In this document: positions 38,558-48,900 of the stretch, piece after piece
Numbering within the stretch: position 1 is the first letter of the stretch
Layout of the letters: every line of letters starts with the position of its first letter
Assembly (NCBI GenBank): GCA_027491395.1
Contig: JAOZFI010000043.1
Span: 47,502-111,501 of the forward strand
DNA: 64,000 nt
Direction: 5' to 3'
Source: Thermoproteota archaeon
Lineage (GTDB): Archaea > Korarchaeota > Korarchaeia > Korarchaeales > Korarchaeaceae
Notes under the pieces: generated by a model
What the model was told of the DNA's origin: nothing
What the model saw: the letters and a program-made list of their open reading frames with translations, nothing else
Database searches by the model: none
Translations under genes and position numbers: made by a program

Positions 38558-40588
38558 CTATAGGTTCGTCTCCTTTGTCGATTCCTCTCCTCCGCTCACC
38601 GCCCTGAGTAGAGCCATTCTGTAGTCCCTTATTATGTTTAGAACGTCTAACTCACTCCTGCTACCAATTTCCTTTGATTCTTGTTGAGTACTCACGGTAG
38701 ACAGTAGCTTGAGTGCCTCTTCCGATGGGAGGACGGGATCTAGTCCCTTCCAAGAGATCTTGAACTGGTTCAATGGTGCTATGGTGATTCCCTCGAACTC
38801 TGCTCTCTCTATGAACTCCTTCGGTGGAGGACTACCGCGGTAGAGGACGGCCCTTATACCTATTTCCTTTAGCCTCCTCAGGATGCTGGTGCTGGCTCCG
38901 GTGGCGTCGAGAGCCATCAGTACGCCTTCGGGGACCTCATTCCCGAGCTCATCGATCTTCTCCTTGGAAAGGGATGGTAAAACGGTCAATTTGACACCGT
39001 CAACCACATTAGGGGAGCTGATGAGCTGCCTCATCTGGGACTTGAGGAGCTCATTCCTCCATCTCTCCCTCTCCAGTTCCTGCTCGAGTTCCTTTATTCT
39101 CGCATCTCTAATGGAGATCCTCCTATCTATCTCCAACTCTTTGGATCTCCTGTCCTCAAGATCCTCTATCTTTCTCCTCAACCCGTTTATCTCCCTCTCC
39201 TTCTCCATCAACAACGCGTCCTTCTTCTCGAGTTCCCTTTTCAACTCTCCAATCCTCTCGTTAAGGCTTCTCACGTATTTATTGAGCCTCCTGAGCTCCT
39301 TCTTCAGCTCAGCATAGGCGAGCTCCCTTACCTCCCTCTCCTCTTCCCTCTCAGCTAGTATCTCATCTATAGCCACTGATATAGGAGTTCCCTTGAGCAC
39401 CTTGGTCAGGATACGATCGATCTCGCTGGATAATCCCTCCTCCCTGGCCCTCAACCTCGCCTTAGAGACTAGATTCTTCACCCTGTAGTAGACCTTGAGA
39501 GCGGCGGCTAGAGAGTCCCTCTCATGGGAGCTCTCTGCCCTAATGCCCTTGAGCTCCTCGTAGTCGGCCACAATCTTCTTTTTCTCGTCGGCCTTCATGT
39601 CGTACTTCGCCACCATCAACTTAGAGTCGAACATGCTAGCTATCCTCACGACGCTCTTGGGAGGAGGATTCACATCTGTCGCTATTATAACTGGATAACC
39701 ATGATTAAGTATCTCCTCCACTATTTCAGATCTCGACGCTCTTCTCATAGTTCTTAAGGCCAATAAGTTACCGTTCAGGTCGATAACAGCTAGACCAACG
39801 GACATGCCCGGATCTATGCCGACTATTATGGGTCTGGATCTGGGTAGAGGGGAGAGACGACTAGAGGGGAACTTTATTTTACTTCTCCAAGACTGACGCA
39901 CCACCACCCTCAAAGGTGTCCACTCACTGCTTTCCTTCACTATCCTCCGGACATCATCTATTCCTGCGTAGATTATGAACTCCGCCCTCCTCAGCCCCCC
40001 AGAAGCTCTCTCAACATACAGGTCGTAATCGAGATTTGCGGCGTCGAGCTCCGTGGCTATCTTATTGGCCTCGCTGAGTATGCTGGCCTCTATAGACCTC
40101 CTCCACCTGTCACTTCCCGAACCTCCCTGCCTTATACTCCTGTTCTTTGTTATAAGTACCCTAGTCTCTGGATACATCGCGATGACCTCTATTCCCACCC
40201 CCCTCTGCGCCAACTTGGCGACTATCCTAGCGGTACCGAGCGGATCCCTGTGGGAGGGAGATGGAAGACCAGCCTCCTTTGCTATCGAGGAGAGGGATCT
40301 TATCCCGTGGGGAGATCCAGTGACCTGAATGAGCTTGCTACCTGGGGGCATCCTCTCCATGACGAGCCTGAGCCCCCTCATGTCCTCCGCAAGCTCGTAA
40401 ACGTTGTCCGTAGCTAGTATCCTGACCCCATATCTCCTCATCAGGGAGAAGACCTCGTCTAGGGTAACCTCCTCGGACTCAAAGAGGACATCCTCACCCC
40501 TCATTATGGACACTGAGTAAATAGGCCTCTTCTTTGATCTGGGCGAACCGGATCTTATGTCTATTCCAGCTATCACCAAATCGTCCAT
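38558..40588 (-). CDS. DUF460-type protein: RNase H-like fold(s) plus coiled coil
   Basis: IAGIDI, LATDNVYEL, LIQVTG, IVGIDPG, IATDV.P.P, HERDSLAAA, long coiled coil. Confidence 0.75.
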   Translation of the reverse strand: MDDLVIAGIDIRSGSPRSKKRPIYSVSIMRGEDVLFESEEVTLDEVFSLMRRYGVRILATDNVYELAEDMRGLRLVMERMPPGSKLIQVTGSPHGIRSLSSIAKEAGLPSPSHRDPLGTARIVAKLAQRGVGIEVIAMYPETRVLITKNRSIRQGGSGSDRWRRSIEASILSEANKIATELDAANLDYDLYVERASGGLRRAEFIIYAGIDDVRRIVKESSEWTPLRVVVRQSWRSKIKFPSSRLSPLPRSRPIIVGIDPGMSVGLAVIDLNGNLLALRTMRRASRSEIVEEILNHGYPVIIATDVNPPPKSVVRIASMFDSKLMVAKYDMKADEKKKIVADYEELKGIRAESSHERDSLAAALKVYYRVKNLVSKARLRAREEGLSSEIDRILTKVLKGTPISVAIDEILAEREEEREVRELAYAELKKELRRLNKYVRSLNERIGELKRELEKKDALLMEKEREINGLRRKIEDLEDRRSKELEIDRRISIRDARIKELEQELERERWRNELLKSQMRQLISSPNVVDGVKLTVLPSLSKEKIDELGNEVPEGVLMALDATGASTSILRRLKEIGIRAVLYRGSPPPKEFIERAEFEGITIAPLNQFKISWKGLDPVLPSEEALKLLSTVSTQQESKEIGSRSELDVLNIIRDYRMALLRAVSGGEESTKETNL

Positions 40589-40643
40589 TCGATATGACCC
40601 TGATGCGACTAGGTTAATAAAGCTTAGCTCCCCCTAAGGACTG

Positions 40644-41972
40644 ATGAAAGCAGTCCCTGCCGCCCTTTACATCATGACGGCGCTTCTAATTCTGAGCCTC
40701 ATGGCGCCAATACTAACTCAGTCTCAAGAGGTCGATTTGAGCGTCACGGTAGAACCTAGGGATCCTTGCGTAGCAGGATACCCCTGCACCGTGAATGTAT
40801 CGGTGATGAACACGAATGGAATGATCCTCATCGATTATTTGAAGCTGATCACCCCTTGGGGGGCCTTCACGAGGAACCTAGGTTTGAGGGAGCTCAGGCC
40901 TAACACCACATTGATAGTCCCCATAATAGTAGATGTGGATAGGAACTCCTTGGAGGGTCCTAACTTCGTGAGGCCCGTGGTCAGGTTCTTCAAGAAGGGA
41001 GAAGTGGGCCTCAAGCTGGTTGAGGGCAACGCTTCGTCCGTTATGGTAATTAAACCACGCATAAACGCTACCCTAGTCGTCGTTCCACAATCCAGAGAGA
41101 TTACCTTGGGTCAACCGCTCTCAATCCAAGTGACCTACGAGGTGGATGGGGTCCCTAGGGATTACCGTCCTACGATTTCCGTGTACTTAGATGGCAGGCT
41201 CAGCATCGAGAGAGAGCTCAACGGCACATCCGGTGAGGTGGGTCTATCTCTACCGGTAGAGGGTGAGGGAAATCACACCCTCATAGTGAGCCTATGCTAC
41301 GGAATAGGCTGCACCGACAGGAGCTTCGAGATCAATGTCAGGAGGACCGTGAGAGTGATCTCCGGATACAACAAGGAGGAGCTAAGGGCAGCTCTGAAGG
41401 AGGTAAAGGACGAAAGGAGACTACTTCAGAGTGCATACGAGAGGACCGTGGAGGCTGGACTCCCCATACCAGAGGATGTGCTGATAAACATCTCCATAAT
41501 CGACTCCAAAATCAGAGAGGCGGAGGTCCTCTTAGATCGAGAGAACATATCCTATGCGGACATCCTCAGGGTCAAGATGCTCCTTAACCAGTCATCTGCC
41601 ACAATATCGCGTCTGGAGGAGGATCTCCTTTCGATGTACAAGGACAAGATAATCGAGATGATTAGCAGAGCTATGGGAGAGGTAGAGGAGGTGAAGAACA
41701 TAAATCAGACGGAGTACAGAGCCATGAAAGACCTTCTCGCTAACCTAACCTCCAGTGTGGACGGATTGAACCTGACAAGCGCGCCGGACTTATACTCGAA
41801 CTTGACTCAGGAGATATCCGCCTTGGAAGAGAGAATAAGGGTCATCAAGGAGAGGGCTGCTGAGGAGGCAAGGCTCCTGTCGGGCATGACCGTATCGTTG
41901 ATATTCGTTGCGATGATTTCAGGTGCAACCATTATCTTGAGGAAGTGGAAGTCACAGCTGATGAAGGAATGA
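40644..41972 (+). CDS. Secreted, C-terminally anchored surface glycoprotein (beta domains, helical stalk, TM)
   Basis: Signal peptide, beta-rich N-half, heptad-rich helical C-half, C-terminal TM followed by RKWK. 13 N-x-S/T sequons counted. Confidence 0.7.
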   Translation: MKAVPAALYIMTALLILSLMAPILTQSQEVDLSVTVEPRDPCVAGYPCTVNVSVMNTNGMILIDYLKLITPWGAFTRNLGLRELRPNTTLIVPIIVDVDRNSLEGPNFVRPVVRFFKKGEVGLKLVEGNASSVMVIKPRINATLVVVPQSREITLGQPLSIQVTYEVDGVPRDYRPTISVYLDGRLSIERELNGTSGEVGLSLPVEGEGNHTLIVSLCYGIGCTDRSFEINVRRTVRVISGYNKEELRAALKEVKDERRLLQSAYERTVEAGLPIPEDVLINISIIDSKIREAEVLLDRENISYADILRVKMLLNQSSATISRLEEDLLSMYKDKIIEMISRAMGEVEEVKNINQTEYRAMKDLLANLTSSVDGLNLTSAPDLYSNLTQEISALEERIRVIKERAAEEARLLSGMTVSLIFVAMISGATIILRKWKSQLMKE

Positions 41973-41984
41973 GGTGCTTCTGAA

Positions 41985-43772
41985 GTGTGCGGAATAGTGG
42001 GCATAGTGAGGAGACGCTTGGGAGTGGCCAGAGACCTAGTAAGATCCCTAAAAAAGCTGGAATACAGGGGATACGACTCAGCAGGGATAGCAGTGATGTC
42101 CAACGGGGATATAGAGGTAGTGAAGGGTGTAGGCACGATAGATGCGGTAGTAGAAGGCGCGGAGATAAGAGACGGATACGTAGGTATAGGCCATACTAGG
42201 TGGGCCACCCACGGAGGAGTAAGCCCCGAGAACGCACACCCTCACCTCTCCTGTAATGGCGAGGTGGCCGTTGTTCACAACGGAACTCTCGACGATTTTG
42301 AAGGCATGAGGAGAGAGCTGATAGCCAAGGGGCACGCGCTCCATTCAGAGACGGATACAGAGGTCGTGGCCCACTTGGTGGAGGAGAACCTTAAGTCGGG
42401 AGACGAACCCCTTTCGGCATTCGTGAAGGCCATTAAAAAGTTGAAGGGAAGCTATGCCTTAGTATCCATCATATCGGGAGAGAAAGCCCTCTTTCTAGCT
42501 AGGAACAAGAGTCCACTGGTCATAGGACTAGGGGAGGATGGAAATTACTGCGCATCGGATGTGGCCGCGCTGCTCCACCTGACGAACAGGTTCATCTTCA
42601 TGGAGGACGGGGAGATAGCCTTACTCACCCCTTCTAAGGTCATGATCTGGAGATTGAAGGGAGATAGGCTGGAGAAGGTCCATAAAGAGGCCGAAGAGGT
42701 GGAATGGACGCCTCAGTTGCTGGACAAGGGGATGTTCGATCACTTCATGCTTAAGGAGATACATGAGCAGCCTCACATCCTTAGGAAGATTGCGGAGAGC
42801 ATTGATTACTACACGAGGTTCTCCGAGAGGCTGAGCTCCCTGCTTAGGGATGGATCTCTGACGATAGTTGCCGCTGGGACTTCCTACCATGCAGGTATGA
42901 TCGGAAAGTACCTCTTATCTAAGCTAGCTGGCGTCAGGTCTGAGATCATAGTGGCCTCGGAGTTCCCGGAATGGTCCTCCCACCTGAGGCAGGGCGACGT
43001 CGTCCTAGCCATCAGCCAATCAGGTGAGACCGCAGATGTGCTAGAGGCCGTTAGAATAGCGAAGTCAAAGGGCTCCATGGTGGTTTCCATAGTGAATGTC
43101 CCAGGAAGCACGCTCACTAGGATCTCCGATGAGTCCATCTTCATACAGGCGGGCCCGGAGGTAGGGGTTGCTGCGACTAAAACCTTCTCTGCCCAAGTAG
43201 CAGTCCTGTACGTCGTCTCTTCCCTCATTAGCGGCAGAAGCGGGATTTCTAGGGAGCTCATCGAGGTGTCAGAGCTGCTGAAGGGTTCTATGGGCTCTCT
43301 GGAGGAATTCTCCAAGAAAATGAGTGATCTCCTCAAGGACAAGGAGCACGTGTTCTTCTTGGGGAGGGGGATAAACTACCCGACGGCATTGGAGGGAGCG
43401 CTCAAGCTCAAGGAGATAAGTTACATACACGCCGAGGGCTATCCTGCTGGCGAGTACAAGCACGGACCGCTCGCCCTAATAGAGGAGGACACACCCGCCA
43501 TCGTGCTGGTTCCGGTGAATGAGGGGCTCCGAAAGAAGACGATATACAACATCATGGAGGTGAGATCTAGGGGGGCCTACACCATAACGATACAGCCCAG
43601 AGGTACTGAGATCCCGGCTGATGCGAGCTTGGAAACGGACGTCTGGAATGAACTCATCTCTCCACTGATCTACACGGTTCCACTGCAGTTAATAGCCTAC
43701 CACACGGCGGTAATCCTAGGAAGAGATCCGGACAAACCCAGAAACTTGGCTAAAAGTGTGACTGTGGAGTGA
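41985..43772 (+). CDS. glmS: Glutamine--fructose-6-phosphate aminotransferase
   Basis: MCGIVG, LEYRGYDSAG, GHTRWATHG, SQSGETAD, LKLKEISYIHAEG, PRNLAKSVTVE. Confidence 0.97.
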   Translation: MCGIVGIVRRRLGVARDLVRSLKKLEYRGYDSAGIAVMSNGDIEVVKGVGTIDAVVEGAEIRDGYVGIGHTRWATHGGVSPENAHPHLSCNGEVAVVHNGTLDDFEGMRRELIAKGHALHSETDTEVVAHLVEENLKSGDEPLSAFVKAIKKLKGSYALVSIISGEKALFLARNKSPLVIGLGEDGNYCASDVAALLHLTNRFIFMEDGEIALLTPSKVMIWRLKGDRLEKVHKEAEEVEWTPQLLDKGMFDHFMLKEIHEQPHILRKIAESIDYYTRFSERLSSLLRDGSLTIVAAGTSYHAGMIGKYLLSKLAGVRSEIIVASEFPEWSSHLRQGDVVLAISQSGETADVLEAVRIAKSKGSMVVSIVNVPGSTLTRISDESIFIQAGPEVGVAATKTFSAQVAVLYVVSSLISGRSGISRELIEVSELLKGSMGSLEEFSKKMSDLLKDKEHVFFLGRGINYPTALEGALKLKEISYIHAEGYPAGEYKHGPLALIEEDTPAIVLVPVNEGLRKKTIYNIMEVRSRGAYTITIQPRGTEIPADASLETDVWNELISPLIYTVPLQLIAYHTAVILGRDPDKPRNLAKSVTVE

Positions 43773-43776
43773 GAAA

Positions 43777-44007
43777 TCACTCCAGCGTTATAAATAGTAC
43801 ATTGTTCCCCCTTATGAAGAGTGTGCCCATGCTCCTCCTCACTTCTTTCGTGTCGGGATCTAGTTCCCTAGCCGAATCTAGGACTAGGTTCATCATTTCA
43901 TCGTAGACCAGCAGCTTACCCCTTATCTCACTTCCGTTCTTCAATCTGACGGTTATCTCGGCGCCGTGGGCCTTCCTCAGATGCGATATCGGGAGCTCTC
44001 TACTCAT
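43777..44007 (-). CDS. Sm-like archaeal protein (SmAP/Lsm)
   Basis: Sm1 VRLKNG..IRGKL..YDEMMNLVL and Sm2 IRGNNV. Confidence 0.92.
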   Translation of the reverse strand: MSRELPISHLRKAHGAEITVRLKNGSEIRGKLLVYDEMMNLVLDSARELDPDTKEVRRSMGTLFIRGNNVLFITLE

Positions 44008-44064
44008 AACTCATCACCAAAACCCGGACTACTCCATATTATAAATGGATGGGATGGAGCGGGA

Positions 44065-44718
44065 TCACCTGCTGCTCAGGGCGATCCTCTCTATCTCCTC
44101 CTTCCTCCTTATGGCGAAGCTCTTGTTCCTGTCGTACTCGGCAGCAGCGATTATCTCATCAGCAAGGGCCTCGGCCAGGCTCCTCGGGCTTCTGAATGCC
44201 TTCATAGCCGCTCCTTGGGCTATGTGCCTGATGGCGAGGTCGACCATCCTGCTCGGGGAAGTGTCAACGGCGTGAAAATAGCTGACTCCACCGTACATGA
44301 TCCTGGTGACCTCCTCCCTTATTATGGAGTTCTCGATGGCGTCTATGAAGACCTGTATGGGGTTCTTGCCGGTCCTCAACTCGATGATCTGGAACGCGTA
44401 CTTGACGGTCCTCAGGGCCTTGAGCTTCTTTCCTGGATTCTTGCTGTTTACATGGTCCTTTTTGCTACCAGCATTGATCGCCTGACTCATGAGCCTGTTA
44501 ACCAGCCTCTCAACGATGGGAAGCTCGAGCTTTCCGAACCTCTTATGCTCGTGCCTTCCGCCGGTGTGCGGAAGGTAAACTGGCTTGAGGGAAATCACCC
44601 TCTTCAGGGCGACATTCTTCACCTCAACTCCCTCGTAGCTCCACTTACCGAAAAGCTTTATCTCGGGACCACCGGTCTTGGGGTTCTCCTCTGCCTTGAT
44701 CTCAACCTCCTCGCTCAT
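44065..44718 (-). CDS. rps7: 30S ribosomal protein uS7
   Basis: [33 protein letters not shown]-like [10 protein letters not shown]. Start trimmed to ATG 44718. Confidence 0.96.
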   Translation of the reverse strand: MSEEVEIKAEENPKTGGPEIKLFGKWSYEGVEVKNVALKRVISLKPVYLPHTGGRHEHKRFGKLELPIVERLVNRLMSQAINAGSKKDHVNSKNPGKKLKALRTVKYAFQIIELRTGKNPIQVFIDAIENSIIREEVTRIMYGGVSYFHAVDTSPSRMVDLAIRHIAQGAAMKAFRSPRSLAEALADEIIAAAEYDRNKSFAIRRKEEIERIALSSR

Positions 44719-44722
44719 GCGA

Positions 44723-45163
44723 TCACCTGCTGGGCTTCTCCTTCTTACCCTGCAGTATCGCCTGCAGGGATACACCGTTTACCTTTATCACTTTGTATCT
44801 GACTCCCGGTATGTCTCCCATGGACCTGCCCCTAGAACCGCCGATGCCCTCAATTATCACCTCGTCGTGCTCATTGATCACGTTCAGAGCACCATCTCCC
44901 GGTGCGAACGCGGTGACTATGACCCCGTTCTTGGCTAATTGGACCTTGACCGCCTTCCTAAGGCCGGAGTGAGGTTGCCTCGCCTCGAGACCTACCTTCT
45001 CCAGCACTATGCCCCTAGCCATGGGCGCACCCTCTAGAGGATCGAACTTCTCCTTCAGCCTGTACAATCTCCTCCTGACCTTCCAGCTGTGGAGTCTCTT
45101 CTCCTTGTACTTCTCAGCTAGCCCTCGAGCAGCGTACAGTCCCAGCGGAGATTTCTTACCCAT
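44723..45163 (-). CDS. rps12: 30S ribosomal protein uS12
   Basis: [38 protein letters not shown]. Confidence 0.97.
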   Translation of the reverse strand: MGKKSPLGLYAARGLAEKYKEKRLHSWKVRRRLYRLKEKFDPLEGAPMARGIVLEKVGLEARQPHSGLRKAVKVQLAKNGVIVTAFAPGDGALNVINEHDEVIIEGIGGSRGRSMGDIPGVRYKVIKVNGVSLQAILQGKKEKPSR

Positions 45164-45172
45164 GCAACCACC

Positions 45173-45643
45173 TCACGAGGTAGGGGTAGTCCATGTTGCT
45201 ATTTTAATGTTGTCTATGTCGTACCACCTCTTGGCTAGGATTCTGGCCCTCTTTATCCTCCTACCGTTCTTTCCTATGGCTATGCTCTTATCCTGCTCGA
45301 CTACGTATGCGATAGCGACGGTCTCATCGCCCTGCTTCACTATCCTGACTTTGGGTATTCTAGCTGGGCTCAGCAGATTGGTAACGAATCCCTCCGGAGT
45401 GTTGTCGAACTCGACCACCTCGATGGACATGTCTAGGTCTCCCCTCAAAAGGCGCCTCATGGTCTTCAGCTTCCTCCCTCCCCTCCCCACTGCCCTTCCT
45501 AAGTCACCCTTTTCCACCACAAATATAAGCCTGTTCTCCTCCTTGTCCTCCACGACGTCCTTGGGCCTGACCCCGAGCATGTTATGGAAGAGCTGTATGT
45601 AGCGGAACTGTTCAGGCGTTATGATTACTTTCCTACCTGGAAT
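45173..45643 (-). CDS. nusA: Archaeal NusA (KH domains); probable ATT start
   Basis: Two GxxG KH motifs (AVGRGG, AIGKNG). The reading frame and NusA-like sequence extend 21 codons upstream of the ORF-track ATG, to ATT at 45643. Confidence 0.88.
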   Translation of the reverse strand: MPGRKVIITPEQFRYIQLFHNMLGVRPKDVVEDKEENRLIFVVEKGDLGRAVGRGGRKLKTMRRLLRGDLDMSIEVVEFDNTPEGFVTNLLSPARIPKVRIVKQGDETVAIAYVVEQDKSIAIGKNGRRIKRARILAKRWYDIDNIKIATWTTPTS

Positions 45644-45661
45644 CCCCTACACCTCCAAAGA

Positions 45662-45973
45662 TCACTCCACTCCTAGGACCTCCAAGATCCTAGACTCACC
45701 CTCCTCCATTACTGCTGCTACTGAAACGAAGAAGGGCTTCTTAAAGGCCCTTCCAAGGTCGATGGACTTGCCGGGGTATTGGTAGACCGGTACATTGGCC
45801 AGCTTGGCTAGGTACTCGACCTCCATCTTTATGTCCGGCGGCGCGTTGCTGGCGACTATCACTAACTTGGGATTCTCACCTGATTTCAGCTGCTTTACTA
45901 CCCTTCTAGCTCCCAGTATCACATTTCCGGACTTGAGAGCTAGATAAAGCTCAGGTTCGACTTCACTGCTCAT
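45662..45973 (-). CDS. rpl30e: 50S ribosomal protein eL30
   Basis: GNVILGAR, KLVIVASNAP, DLGRAFKKPF, GESRIL. Confidence 0.95.
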   Translation of the reverse strand: MSSEVEPELYLALKSGNVILGARRVVKQLKSGENPKLVIVASNAPPDIKMEVEYLAKLANVPVYQYPGKSIDLGRAFKKPFFVSVAAVMEEGESRILEVLGVE

Positions 45974-48900
45974 TCATTATCACCTCTACCGCTACCGGGC
46001 GGGCTGAGATCCCACCTGACCGAAACCCTCCCCGTCCCTATTGGCGGGGTCTGTCCCATTATTAAAGCGTCTAGTGGTCCCACTATCGGATTGTCCTCAC
46101 CACGCCTAGCAGTATTCAAGATGACGTGGGTGGTCCACTCGAAGGCCATCTTGCTGAGGGGAGTCTTCATCTCGCTGAAGAACCCTGATGCAACCCCAGC
46201 AGCTTGCAATCTTATGGCCTCTATGGTGCCAGAATAGGTCATCGTATCAGCCACCAGAGAGATATACCTCCTATCAACTTCCAGACCCTGTTCCTCCAAT
46301 ATACGGGCCAGTTCCTTGAATATGCAGTTCCTAGCAGCCTCTATCCCCAAGACCTTCTCGATCTCCTTACAATCGTTGGTTATCGTCTTGGATACGTCGA
46401 CGCAGCTCAGGTTGAGCACCTCAGCCAAATTGGATCCGGTGGTCCTTATCACGTACTCCTTCTTACCGTCCACCTCCACGGTCTCCACCCAAGCCCTCTT
46501 TATCCCCTTTATACCGGAGACCAGCTTGTCCAGCACCCTGTAAGACCAAGATCTGAGGGTCTGAAGCGGTTTATCCTTCTTAGCTGCCTCGAAGAGCTCT
46601 ACTATGACCTTATCGCCCTCTAGGGAGACCTCCCCCTTCATATTCTTGACGGCGCTCCTTATGTAACCCACAAACTTGTCGAGGGTGATGAGGTTGCTCT
46701 CTAGAGCCCTCATGTCGGGCTTCAGTATGAGCCTATAGCCGAAGTTGTCTATGGCATACTCCTCTATAAGATCCCTTATCCTCAGCTCCCTGATGCTCCT
46801 TATAACCTTCCTTATCTTCACCTCATCGTCTTGGCATTCGGGCTTGAGGTGTATCTCCATGGTGGGAGTGCTCGTGGAGGCATAGAAAACCAGCTCCTTG
46901 AACCTCTCCACCCCATGGGTCACATCCATGGCCAGCAGTCCGGGCGCGTGGAAGGTCCTGAGGACCATCTGGGTGGTGGGTTCCGCTATGCTCTGGGCAC
47001 TGATGAGGCCTATCGGGGTCAGGACCTCTACCTTGGCCCTCTCGAATCCCTCCTTTAGCTCCTCTATTATGGCCTTGAACTCAGACTCCTTTGGTCTCGC
47101 CTCGTGTATCTTATCCGCTAGAGCTGTCGGGAGCCCAGCCTCCTTCAGTGCCTCCTCTATCTTATTCTTAGAAACGCCCCTCTTCCTTTTACCCTTCACA
47201 TGCCTCTCTATTATCCTCTTAATGTTGACGGGCTCGTTTCTGAACAGCTTGGTCGGGTCGTACCCATCACCGCCGAACCTGAACTGGAGGATGTGTCCCA
47301 GCGAGTCCCTGACCGTTTCATCGTAGGACACGTAAACGTCCTTGAGGGAGTTAGCAACCCTCCTATAGAAATACCCGCTGTCCTCGGTTCTCCTACCCTT
47401 GTCTATGAGGGACTCCCTGCTGGACATGGCGTGGAATATGAACTCCACTGGATTCAATCCCTTTACGTAGCTGTTCCTCACGAATCCCCTAGCCTCGGGG
47501 CTGAGGTCGCCCCTCTCGAAGTAGGAGAGCACCCTGTCCCTATACCCTTTCCTAGGCCTACCGCTGGTCAGCACGAATCCGATCCTCGTCTTGATCTTCT
47601 GCTGCCCGACCTGGCCCATTATCTGTGACAGGTTCGCTATTGAGCCTCTAGCTCCGGTCTTGGCCATTATGGCCACATTGGACTTCGGATCGACGTACTT
47701 GGCGACGACGTCGCTGACCTTGCTCCAGAAGCTATCTATCGTCTGAACTATATCGAATTCGAGCATCTGCTCCTCTCTCATCAATCTGAGGAGCTCCTCT
47801 TTGGTCCTGTAGATGGCCGTCTTCCTGACTATGGGCCTGCTCCTTATCAGCTCCATTACTTCCTCCTTGAGCTGAGAGTAGATGCCGTCTATCTCCTTGT
47901 AGGCCTCCTCAGGCATCATCAACTCCTTGGGGGAGGTGGTTATTCCGTAGAGCATGACCTCCTTGGCGGCTATCTTCAACAGCTTGTTGAGGAAGTCGGC
48001 GGCCATGTCATTACCGTAATCCCTTATGAGGACATCTATTATCGTGAGCTTCCCTTTGACGAGGGTGCCTACGATGTCGTCATCCAAGACACCGGAAAGG
48101 AGCTGGCCCTTCCTTATAAGCACATACCCGTCTCCGGGACAGGAGGGATCCACACACTCCACTCCCTTGGCTGATTTGGCCACGGACTCGAAGTCCAAAT
48201 CCTTGGGAAGCAGCACTGATATGAGCTGCTTCCCGGTCCATAGTTCCTTGGGTTTCTTTATGGCCGGTTCGGGAAGCTCCGTTATGCCAGCTCTGGCGAG
48301 GATCCTCGTCGCTTCTGACTTATCGAAGAGCGAGTCCTTCTTCGTTATCATATACAAGACCGTTATGAGGTCCTGCCTCGCCCCCACAATGGAACCCCCA
48401 GTCCTAGGGGAGAGCATGTTGTTCTTCACACCCATCAGCTCTTTAGCCTCGATAGCCCCGTCGATGAGCTGAGGCGCGTGGAGGTTCATTTCATCTCCAT
48501 CGAAGTCCGCATTGTAGGGAACGCAGACGGCGGGATGAAGCCTGAATGTAGCGCCGGGCAGCACCTTCACCCTATGTCCGAGCATGGAGAGCTTGTGTAG
48601 TGACGGCTGCCTGTTGAATATGACGTAGTCCCCATCCATCAGGTGCCTCTCCACCACATCACCGGGCTCCAGCTGCTCGGCGACCTCCTTGAGCGCCTCC
48701 TTGCCCTTCCTCTGGATTATCTTCAGGCTTAATGGAGTAGCTCCACCTTTCCTCACGGTGTTGGCGCCGGGATACTCATCGGGCCCCCTCATGACGAGCT
48801 CCTTGAGCTTCTCTATGTTGTTCTCATTGACGTACTCCGGAACGGTGAGGACCATGGCTATTTCCACCGGTACCCCTACCTCATCTATGTCTATCATCGG

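Noticed and set aside
38277-38624. 115-aa plus-strand ORF or possible ncRNA in an apparent gap
   Set aside because: Explained by eS30 on the opposite strand.
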